Positions 48,403 through 56,983 of a DNA stretch of 64,000 bases are shown here, one piece after another (within the stretch, counting starts at the first letter, position 1; each line of letters starts with the position of its first letter). The notes below the pieces were generated by a model that saw only the letters and a list, made by a program, of their open reading frames with translations, searched no databases and was not told where the DNA came from. The DNA is from a virus: positions 1 through 64,000 of IMG/VR virus record IMGVR_UViG_3300037346_000623; one strand, written 5' to 3'. Made by a program: the position numbers and the translations under genes.

Positions 48403-48663
48403 TTACTTAGAAAAGTTAAATAACTGTTTAAGCCCTTCACTCTCCTGATTTTCAAGATTTTCCGTCTCTATTTTTTTATTTAGATTTGCTAGGAATATCT
48501 GGTATTCGTAATATGGAACATTCTCTATCCAATTCATATCAAGATCATGCTCATAAAACAATCTAAATTTAATATCCAAGTAATTCTCCAAAGATATCTG
48601 AAATAACGAAAAGAGATCTGATCCCTGAGGGAAAGGCAATATCCGCAGTGACCTCCTTACCAC
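48403..48663 (-). CDS. gp51-like baseplate hub assembly chaperone (start uncertain, possibly reached by frameshift)
   Basis: SLENY...IENVPYYEYQIF resembles the gp51-family core. No ATG upstream of that core, and it overlaps the gp26-like gene. Confidence 0.55.
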   Translation of the reverse strand: MVRRSLRILPFPQGSDLFSLFQISLENYLDIKFRLFYEHDLDMNWIENVPYYEYQIFLANLNKKIETENLENQESEGLKQLFNFSK

Positions 48664-49681
48664 AAACCGGACAAACCTGCTTTACGTCAATTTCTGTACC
48701 AATCTTTATCTTTTCAGAGAGTCCGAAGTATAAGCTATATTCTTCTTTCGTCCAATAGTCTGCTTCCCTCATTCTCATTAGTATCTTCTCATTTGTTAGT
48801 CCTCTCCATTCCTTAAGTATAAAGGGAGCTATTTTAAGGAATCCACCATCTATATCGATATTTCTAGAAGAACAATAAATAACAAAATCGCTGATAGCTC
48901 GATTTATCCCTATCGTAGGAACAGTCATTTCTATTGTCTTTCCTATTTTTTTAACATCAAAGGTAAAACTTCTTGTTGAGGCATTATAATATTTAAGGAT
49001 CTTTTGATCAAGCTCATATGATCTTAATGCTCCTGCTCTTAATTCCATTCCTCTAGAAAAGGGGCATTCAGTCTTGTCCTCACATTTAATTTTAGGCATA
49101 AGAATTATTGAATTCTCCCCACTTATGAAGGTTAAATCCCTTATAGCCATGATAGCAAAGAATCTATCCTCTTGTATTAGATCCTTAAAAGATACAACAC
49201 CTTCGCCAGGGAAATCCATTCTAAGACATCTGTCTATAACATAGCCAAGTTTTTCCTCTATATCCAATCTATCGTCCTCATCGATAGCAGAGAAGTGTCT
49301 TATCTCCTTAACATCAGCTGCCCTTATAGCTATTTTTGAACCGGTAGGATAGAACATACCCTTAGATGGTAATATTTCAGCCGGAAGATTTTTCCAGCCA
49401 GTATCAAAGGAAGGAGAATTAACATAAGATTCTGCTTTACCTAATGAAGTAATAGGTTCTTCCCTAATTTTTCCGTCATTTATATTACCAAGATTCATAA
49501 CTGGCTCTGATCTTTCTAGTACTTTCTGTTCCTGTACATCAATAACTTCCGGTTCTTTTTTTAAAATAGGATCATTGGATATCGGTATAGATTCAGCGTC
49601 AATTGGATCATCGTATATAATTCCGCTTTTCTCCTCTCTCATCCTTAATATCTCTTCCGGGGATATATCTAAATTATTCAT
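48569..49681 (-). CDS. gp26-like baseplate hub/tail assembly protein
   Basis: LPSKG.FY, IR, two Cys pairs (C....C, CPVC). Located right after the tail tube genes. Confidence 0.65.
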   Translation of the reverse strand: MNNLDISPEEILRMREEKSGIIYDDPIDAESIPISNDPILKKEPEVIDVQEQKVLERSEPVMNLGNINDGKIREEPITSLGKAESYVNSPSFDTGWKNLPAEILPSKGMFYPTGSKIAIRAADVKEIRHFSAIDEDDRLDIEEKLGYVIDRCLRMDFPGEGVVSFKDLIQEDRFFAIMAIRDLTFISGENSIILMPKIKCEDKTECPFSRGMELRAGALRSYELDQKILKYYNASTRSFTFDVKKIGKTIEMTVPTIGINRAISDFVIYCSSRNIDIDGGFLKIAPFILKEWRGLTNEKILMRMREADYWTKEEYSLYFGLSEKIKIGTEIDVKQVCPVCGKEVTADIAFPSGIRSLFVISDIFGELLGY

Positions 49682-49714
49682 ATATAATTAATTTTATTCT
49701 ATATAACACAACAC

Positions 49715-49749
49715 AAAAAAAAAGGTCAAAATCTGACCTTTATTTTTTT
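49715..49749 (-). terminator. Intrinsic terminator after the tail tube genes
   Basis: A-tract-aaggtca-aaatc-tgacctt-T-rich. Confidence 0.8.
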
Positions 49750-49762
49750 AAGTTTTTTATTG

Positions 49763-50338
49763 TTACGCGAATAAATCTTCCCAGTAATCGCAAACCCATG
49801 ATGTTCTTATCGTATAGATAGCAGGAGTTTCATAATCAAGATCCATGGCATTTATAGGTTCACTTATAAAACATGAAGGTATTCTTATTCTTCTAAATAC
49901 GTCACCCTGTTTATTAAATATAGAAATAAGTATAGAACCAACATAATCGTTTTTAAGACCCATTGCCCCAGTTAACGGATTATAAATTAAATCAGACCAT
50001 TGTCTAAGTATTTTATATAGCTCCATTGAATTCGAATTATTAAGGTTAACCTCAAATTCCATAGAAAGATTCATGTCACTTGTTTGTGGTTCACCCCCAG
50101 CATATCTTCTGGTAGCAAATTTATAATTTTGATTAACTGTCTGAGCAGGTGCTATATCAACAGACAATCCTGTTATTGATTTAACTTGTTGGGTTAATAT
50201 GCTTTCTCCATGAAAAGTAGTACCAGCAGAAACAATAGCAGACGGTGGGGTTATCAGTACTTCAAACTGATTAAGAAACACAGGTTCGTAATTATTTATA
50301 CCTGCAAGCGAATTTGTAAAATGTGGTAATCCAGCCAT
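49763..50338 (-). CDS. gp19: Tail tube protein, copy B (gp19-like)
   Basis: LNQFEV, R.YAG, LRQWSDLIYNPLTG, DYWE. Downstream of the sheath gene. Confidence 0.85.
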   Translation of the reverse strand: MAGLPHFTNSLAGINNYEPVFLNQFEVLITPPSAIVSAGTTFHGESILTQQVKSITGLSVDIAPAQTVNQNYKFATRRYAGGEPQTSDMNLSMEFEVNLNNSNSMELYKILRQWSDLIYNPLTGAMGLKNDYVGSILISIFNKQGDVFRRIRIPSCFISEPINAMDLDYETPAIYTIRTSWVCDYWEDLFA

Positions 50339-50352
50339 TTATCTTTTTTATT

Positions 50353-50907
50353 TTATAGGAATAAATCATCCCAATAATCAACAGCAAATACCATATCATC
50401 TATTTTGTATAGATCAGTACTGGTATAGTTTAGATTCATCGGTGATATAGGTTTAGTTGGGAACGTATCCTTACACGTTATTCTTCTATAAACATCACCA
50501 GCTTTATTAAAAACAGAAATGATTATAGTCCCAGTATAGTCATTTTTAAGACCCATAGCTCCAGTTAATGGGTTATAGATCAAATCCGACCATTGTCTTA
50601 ATGTTTTAAAAACATACATTGAATTTGCATCATTAAGATTGACACTAAAAGTTATACTAAGATCCATAAATGTATTCTCAGGTTTGGACCCTGCATAATT
50701 TCTTTTAGCAAATTTATATTTCTGCTGAACCGTACCTGGATTTTTATCCAAAGAAAGTCCGTTAATCTTACTTACGTGCTGTAATAGTATATTTCCTCCA
50801 GCTATAGCAGCAGGAGGTATTATTGTTACCTCGAATTGGTTTAAATAAACAGGTTCATACTTGTTTATCCCTGATAATGAATTTTGATAATGTGATAGTC
50901 CTGCCAT
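50353..50907 (-). CDS. gp19: Tail tube protein, copy A (gp19-like)
   Basis: Highly similar to its neighbour, with identical LRQWSDLIYNPLTGAMGLKNDY. Confidence 0.85.
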   Translation of the reverse strand: MAGLSHYQNSLSGINKYEPVYLNQFEVTIIPPAAIAGGNILLQHVSKINGLSLDKNPGTVQQKYKFAKRNYAGSKPENTFMDLSITFSVNLNDANSMYVFKTLRQWSDLIYNPLTGAMGLKNDYTGTIIISVFNKAGDVYRRITCKDTFPTKPISPMNLNYTSTDLYKIDDMVFAVDYWDDLFL

Positions 50908-50946
50908 AATTACTTATATTTATCTTTGTTAGCTAAAAGATTCAAA

Positions 50947-53900
50947 TTATACAAATTGCATAAATCCTCCAGCAGCTATTCCCCCTGTTTTTGTAACGGT
51001 AATTCTATTAATGAATTTATGTATACCTCTAGCAGGTTCTATTATAACGTCAATTATACCCATATTCATATCTATAATAGCTGGTGTATTATTAGAAGAA
51101 TCCATTATTGTTTGATAAGCATAGATACCACCGCCTGATCTAACACCATCAAGATAATTATCAACAAGAGTTTTAATCTCCAATCTTATAGAGTCCTCAT
51201 TAAAATCAAAAAGATAGTTTGCAAGTATTTCCTGTACGTCATTTTCTATACTGATTAATAAATCTCTAACGTGTACTAGATTGAATGCTGAATTTACTTG
51301 TTGGTAAGCAGTTTGATTACCAAATATGACAACACCAATACCTCTTCTTTTAAGAATTGGGTTGATACCGAAAGGTTCAAGGTTTGCTCTATCCTCGTCA
51401 GTAAAATCATATTCAACACCAACTATATTACCACCACTTAATATACCTCTTTTTTGACCAGCAACAATAGCATAAGGTTCTCCATTTGCAAATTTTCTAA
51501 TAAAATTATTAGATACGTATGCAGCTGGTGGAACGTTTATATTTTTATTACCATTTCTTACAACTATATAAGGTGAATAGAATGCACAGAATTTAGATCC
51601 ATCCTCTTCATTAGGCAAACTAAATGTATATGTAGGATTAAGAGATAGATTACCTCCCTCTACTATATAGGATGTATTTAATGGCGGATAAGGATTCGAA
51701 GCAGTAGGAGCATCGGTAAACGATGGATCAGTACTAGCTCTAAATTGAGCCATCGAAGGAGCATTTATAATAGCTAAAGCCTGTTGTCTCATTTTTGCAA
51801 GTTTACTAAATTCCCATTTAGATTCAGGTCCTATTATACCGCTGAAAGTATCCACAATATATCTGAATGATATAACATCCTTAGAGGCAAGAGTTTTTGC
51901 GATATTAGTATCATAAAGAACAGCCAATATTTCCTGTAATCTTGCATCGGTTCCGTTTGGTCTATGTCTTTCTTTCATAATAAACCCATTAAGGAATGTA
52001 AAATCAAAAGAATTAGTAAATTGAGCTATAGATTTAAACTTCTGTACTCTAAGTGAGCTACCGCTATTAGAATAATATAAAACTGGTCTCGCAGTAACAA
52101 CTTTTAGAACCCCATAGGTTCCAGTTTGTGCAACAGATTTAACCTTAGTAAGTCTACTTTGTCTGTTACCTGTAGCAGGTTCACATATATCAAGATCAGT
52201 AGAAACTACCCAATCACCAACAGCTAAAGGAGAAACCCCATTCACTATATTTATATTAAACGTTGTAACGTCTATCTGTGTACATTCTATGAAATCATTT
52301 ATCGAACCTATTTGAGATATAATATCAATTTTTTGTGGACTAACAGGAAGACCTATATTATTTGATGCATAGGATGTTCCAAATGCAGCAATATTAACTA
52401 TTGTATTGGTATTCATTGAAGCCTGTTGAGAATAAGCTCTAGCATAAGTAAGATTAAACTGATCTCTATCAATAGTATTTTCAAATCCAATATATTGTTG
52501 ATTTGGTGTACCTGTAGACGTTATCCAAATAGAATCTCCATCCTCAATTTCAAGATATTTATGATTTTGAAAGAATGCTGATGTATTATAAGCAACAATA
52601 GAATCAGTATATCCATTTGGTGCAAAAGGACCAGTAGCACCATCCATTGTAACTAGGCTTATTATATCAAAATAATCAGAATCACCAAATTGGTAAGAGT
52701 CATTATAATAAGGCTTATTACTACCAGAAGCACCAGTATTATAAGTTGATAAATTGTAAGTAGGCTTAACTGTAATTCCTTGAGATCTATACTGTGCATT
52801 ATCCAATGGGTGTGTCCACCATATAAGTAATTGCCCATTAACGTCTTTAGTACCAGTAACTTTAAGTTTAACTATATCAGCCTCGTTAAATTGACTAACA
52901 AGTGATCCTGTTAATCCAGCAACTCCGCTAACAACACCAAGTATAAACTTTTCGTCATTAGATGATGAAACATTAAGGAATGATTTAAGAGCAGCTCTTT
53001 GTCCTGCATTTTGTAGCATACCCCCAGTTGATCCAGTAGCTGCACTTGTTAAAAGATAATGCATACCAGTATCATAAGCATTAGAATCATAAGGAACAAA
53101 CGATCCCTGATAAACACCAGCAGTAGATCCAGTTATAGTAAATAACGTACCTACCTTAGAACCACTAGTAAATCCAGTAATCCCAGCAGGACTAACAAAT
53201 CCAGTAGCTCCAGTTATACCAACAACGTTCTGTGTATATAAATAATCAGCTTCCAATGCCTGATCATAGCTTAAGAAATTTATTCTTGGATTAGCAAGGT
53301 CTCTGTCTCCACTAAGTTCATCTATAAGGTGATTACCAACAAGATCTATTTTGGAAGGATTGTTACAAATATCATCAAAAGCTTGCTCATCTATTGCACA
53401 GAATAGACCAGTAGAAGCAGTATTGTTATTTATTAATGTTTGTATATATTGATTTACACCGTTCAAATCAACAAAGTCAGGTATGATACATCCAGTAACG
53501 GATGTAACTATAGAAACATTTGGATTAGCAAGGAATTGATCTATTTTCGATTTTATAAACCCATTATTACTAAAGTATGTACTCCACATTGGGTCAAGAT
53601 TTAATGCTTGATAATTTGTCCAATTACCATAAACTGCAATAACATCTATAAAATAGTCACTTATATAATCATACGGATGCATAAACGTAGGAACATTATT
53701 AGCACCATACCAATCAATAGCAAATATATTATACCCTAACAGTGGGCTAGATGAATCAGTTGATTTTCTAACTATTATACTCATAGGTGATTTTCCAAGA
53801 TTAGTTACATTTAACAATTTACCCTGATCTGGAATACTTAAAGTTGCAAGAAAATAATTAGGATCCGCAAACCAAAATCTCTCCTTATTGTAATACGAAG

Positions 53901-54294
53901 AGTATAATTCACTAGTAACCACACCATTATATTCCTCAGTATCCACAGAGAATGATCTATATGTAACCTTATCAGGGTCCGCTGATTCGAGATTATCGTT
54001 CAGTTTTAAGAGATTTAATGCAAATACTGGGCCTGCATTTAAACACGTTAATATTGATCTATGAAAGAAAGATCCTTTATTTTCGAGTGACGCGTCGATA
54101 TCACCAAAGATTGATATCATCGTTGTTGCATCAGGAATATAGACAGGTGTATTAAAAGGTCCTTTATTAGAGAAACCTATAACAAGTCTAATTGTTTGTG
54201 ATGTAAGTATGACGTTTTGTGATGCGTCAAATTCAAGCGTATAGACACCAGATGCTCTAAATTGAGAATAGTCTATTTTTACCTTATTTGCCAT
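50947..54294 (-). CDS. gp18: Contractile tail sheath protein (gp18-like) with a large insertion
   Basis: SGVYTLEFD, GFSNKGPFNTP, VPPAAYV, AGQKRG, INPI, GNQT, VHVRDLLI, FDFN. Confidence 0.93.
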   Translation of the reverse strand: MANKVKIDYSQFRASGVYTLEFDASQNVILTSQTIRLVIGFSNKGPFNTPVYIPDATTMISIFGDIDASLENKGSFFHRSILTCLNAGPVFALNLLKLNDNLESADPDKVTYRSFSVDTEEYNGVVTSELYSSYYNKERFWFADPNYFLATLSIPDQGKLLNVTNLGKSPMSIIVRKSTDSSSPLLGYNIFAIDWYGANNVPTFMHPYDYISDYFIDVIAVYGNWTNYQALNLDPMWSTYFSNNGFIKSKIDQFLANPNVSIVTSVTGCIIPDFVDLNGVNQYIQTLINNNTASTGLFCAIDEQAFDDICNNPSKIDLVGNHLIDELSGDRDLANPRINFLSYDQALEADYLYTQNVVGITGATGFVSPAGITGFTSGSKVGTLFTITGSTAGVYQGSFVPYDSNAYDTGMHYLLTSAATGSTGGMLQNAGQRAALKSFLNVSSSNDEKFILGVVSGVAGLTGSLVSQFNEADIVKLKVTGTKDVNGQLLIWWTHPLDNAQYRSQGITVKPTYNLSTYNTGASGSNKPYYNDSYQFGDSDYFDIISLVTMDGATGPFAPNGYTDSIVAYNTSAFFQNHKYLEIEDGDSIWITSTGTPNQQYIGFENTIDRDQFNLTYARAYSQQASMNTNTIVNIAAFGTSYASNNIGLPVSPQKIDIISQIGSINDFIECTQIDVTTFNINIVNGVSPLAVGDWVVSTDLDICEPATGNRQSRLTKVKSVAQTGTYGVLKVVTARPVLYYSNSGSSLRVQKFKSIAQFTNSFDFTFLNGFIMKERHRPNGTDARLQEILAVLYDTNIAKTLASKDVISFRYIVDTFSGIIGPESKWEFSKLAKMRQQALAIINAPSMAQFRASTDPSFTDAPTASNPYPPLNTSYIVEGGNLSLNPTYTFSLPNEEDGSKFCAFYSPYIVVRNGNKNINVPPAAYVSNNFIRKFANGEPYAIVAGQKRGILSGGNIVGVEYDFTDEDRANLEPFGINPILKRRGIGVVIFGNQTAYQQVNSAFNLVHVRDLLISIENDVQEILANYLFDFNEDSIRLEIKTLVDNYLDGVRSGGGIYAYQTIMDSSNNTPAIIDMNMGIIDVIIEPARGIHKFINRITVTKTGGIAAGGFMQFV

Positions 54295-54323
54295 TATTTT
54301 TCAATATATTTTTACTTCTGTAC

Positions 54324-54331
54324 TATATATC
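54324..54331 (-). promoter_or_regulatory. Putative late promoter GATATATA for the sheath-tube operon
   Basis: Recurrent motif. Confidence 0.65.
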
Positions 54332-54356
54332 AAAAAAAAAATGAGAATTATTGATG

Positions 54357-56183
54357 CTACATTAGGTTATTGAATTCACTATATGATTTACCTTCCTTAG
54401 TTGAAGGTCCTTTCTTATCATCATCGAAAATTTGATCTCCCTCTAATTTTTTTATAATTAAATCCTTATACTCATTATCCTCCATCTCGTCGAATACCTC
54501 GCCAACCATATGATTAAAATCATATCCATCTAAAAGTCCGGGTAGATTGACTAATGTCATCGCAACATCATCGTGTCCACTTTGGCTAGAATACGTTCCT
54601 CTGTTATTAAGACCGAAAGTAAATAACTCAGGTATAGTCCATTTCTTTTCATTAACCAATATCTTGTTTTCTCTAACCAGGCTTCTGAGTAATTCACAAT
54701 ACTTCATCTTATTCTTTTCGTTGTATTTTATTCCAGGTTTTAAAGTTCTTGCGCTTTCCGAATGTTTAGTAAATAAAAACATTTCATCAAAAAATTCATC
54801 TCTAGATATTAATTTATCATAGAGGAGTTCACCCTTAAAATTCATCTCCAGAGCTATTTTTACACGATCCACAGTAAAAACATTCTCACACAAAACCTGT
54901 AATAGCTTAACTACATCCTCTAGCTTTATTTCATTATCTCTAAATACGCCAATCTGAATAAGCCCGAAGAAATCAGACTCGTCATCATATTCATCTATTT
55001 TTTCTATAACTACTTTTGGTAACGGAGTAACTCTAAATATATTTATTACAGTAAAATCCCCCTTTCCCCCACCGCTAAGATCTATTGATAAAACAAATTT
55101 CTTTCCCCTCTCGTTACACGTATCTATATCAAATTTAGGATGCCACCTGAAATTTTCATATGATATATTATGATTATGTAATTCACTTATTTCCCTCCAT
55201 TCATATTCAATCTCATTCTTCTTTATCTTTTTAAGTTCATCAGATCCCAATAATAAACTCGAAGAACTTAAAAACTGATTACCGTATTCTTGATTGAAAA
55301 GTTCCTCACTTCCCAGGTTACCTATTTCTTTTTGTTTCCATGCTTCATCCCTACCAGGAACTTGCCACCAGTCAACTCTAATAGGATTAAAACTATTATC
55401 ACCATCCATCGCACCCTGGTAGATATCATAGAATTTATTCATACCGTTAGGTGTTGATGTTATTATTATTCTAGAAACCTTGGACGAGGATACTGTAGGA
55501 TACGTGGATCTAAAGAATGCCTCCATGAAATTATCATTAATATGTGCAAACTCATCCATATATAAAAAATGTATAGTAAATCCGATACCTGATGATTTAG
55601 TTGTAGTTTTAGCTAAAACCCTACAGCCGTTATCAAAACGCATTGTCATTACATTATTGATTATCATACCAGGTTTAAGAAAAAATGGGAGGCCTTTTAT
55701 TATCGATTTTATTTTATCCATTAACTCTTCTGCAGTATCACCAACATTGGCTAATATCATTGCGTTCTTATCATGATTAAAGAGAAGATACCAAACAAGA
55801 ATTATTGAGGATGTTATAGATTTACCAACCTGTCTAGGCGCTAAAAATACATTAAATCTATTTGATTGATACTCTTTAAGTACTGATTCCTGATAATCTC
55901 TCAATTTTATATACTCAAGTCCAAAGTCTGTCATTACTTTGCAATATTTTGCAAAGTATGCTACATCTTCCGCACATTTTTTCATTTCAATAACCTCTTC
56001 CCTAGTATATTCCCATTGAAGACTAGGTTTTTTTAACTCAGGATCTTGCTCATAAAATGGATTATCAACATCCTTATAATCCAATCCTTCCTCGTCTATT
56101 CTTCTCAGAAGTTCATTAACTCTCTCAGTATTCCACAGGGATGTTTCTATCTGATCCTGCTTTTTGTGTATTATCTCTCCCAT
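54357..56183 (-). CDS. gp17: Terminase large subunit (T4 gp17-like)
   Basis: LRDYQ, PRQVGKS, YMDEFAH, ITSTPNG, FNQEY, IDLSGG..GDF, GHDDVAM. Confidence 0.95.
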   Translation of the reverse strand: MGEIIHKKQDQIETSLWNTERVNELLRRIDEEGLDYKDVDNPFYEQDPELKKPSLQWEYTREEVIEMKKCAEDVAYFAKYCKVMTDFGLEYIKLRDYQESVLKEYQSNRFNVFLAPRQVGKSITSSIILVWYLLFNHDKNAMILANVGDTAEELMDKIKSIIKGLPFFLKPGMIINNVMTMRFDNGCRVLAKTTTKSSGIGFTIHFLYMDEFAHINDNFMEAFFRSTYPTVSSSKVSRIIITSTPNGMNKFYDIYQGAMDGDNSFNPIRVDWWQVPGRDEAWKQKEIGNLGSEELFNQEYGNQFLSSSSLLLGSDELKKIKKNEIEYEWREISELHNHNISYENFRWHPKFDIDTCNERGKKFVLSIDLSGGGKGDFTVINIFRVTPLPKVVIEKIDEYDDESDFFGLIQIGVFRDNEIKLEDVVKLLQVLCENVFTVDRVKIALEMNFKGELLYDKLISRDEFFDEMFLFTKHSESARTLKPGIKYNEKNKMKYCELLRSLVRENKILVNEKKWTIPELFTFGLNNRGTYSSQSGHDDVAMTLVNLPGLLDGYDFNHMVGEVFDEMEDNEYKDLIIKKLEGDQIFDDDKKGPSTKEGKSYSEFNNLM

Positions 56184-56185
56184 TT

Positions 56186-56980
56186 TTAATAAAGATCATC
56201 CTCTATGATGAAATCATCATCACAAAAATCCTCATCAGCTTTAGCTACATTTGGATTATCAAGATCTAATGTTTTTTTGTGTTTGGCGTTAACTACTGCA
56301 TTAGGTTCAATTACCTCCGCTGTAATATCAACAACCTCAGATCCTATTATATCTCTAAGTCCCTCCATTATTCCTCTGGTACCTCTTGATTTAATTCCTC
56401 CGTTATCTGTTATTGCTGAGGCTGTAGCATTATAGGATTCACCAGGATTTGATTGATCCATCACAACCCTATTGGTTTGTTTTTTCTCATCAATCTCAAT
56501 TCTGGATTTTTTATAATTCTGTTCCATTTTTTCAAGATAGGCCTGATAATCCTTGGGCATTTGCATAATCTGTGATTGCATTTGAGCAAGAACTTCAAAG
56601 AGTCTAGGATTTGTATTTCCTAGATCTATCTCCTCTAGTATTTTGGTTATTGTATGTTGAGCTGTCTTTAATTGGAACATCATGGCGGATACATTCATCG
56701 TATCCATTTTTTTCTTTAGCTCCACATGTTTAGCTCCAGCATTTTCTGTACTAAGATCAACATAAAACTCAGCCAATGAATCCATAAGGGACTTGGCATC
56801 CGATGATGCAGATGATTGTTCACCAGCAAAATCCATAAGATCTGTAGTTTTTATTCGGGGAAGATCTAAAGAATCAGCAACAAAAGATGCATTGAAACTC
56901 TCATCCATCAATATAGAATCGAGATTCTCTTTTATTCTTTCCTCTATTACCTTCTCAGGCTTTGGTTTTCTTCTTGGCAT
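56186..56980 (-). CDS. Putative terminase small subunit
   Basis: Immediately upstream of TerL. PRLFEVLA.M helix resembles gp16-family proteins. Confidence 0.55.
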   Translation of the reverse strand: MPRRKPKPEKVIEERIKENLDSILMDESFNASFVADSLDLPRIKTTDLMDFAGEQSSASSDAKSLMDSLAEFYVDLSTENAGAKHVELKKKMDTMNVSAMMFQLKTAQHTITKILEEIDLGNTNPRLFEVLAQMQSQIMQMPKDYQAYLEKMEQNYKKSRIEIDEKKQTNRVVMDQSNPGESYNATASAITDNGGIKSRGTRGIMEGLRDIIGSEVVDITAEVIEPNAVVNAKHKKTLDLDNPNVAKADEDFCDDDFIIEDDLY

Positions 56981-56983
56981 AAT

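Noticed and set aside
54357-56183. Intein or intron in the terminase or other core genes
   Set aside because: Lengths are ordinary and no intein splice motifs or interrupted frames were seen.
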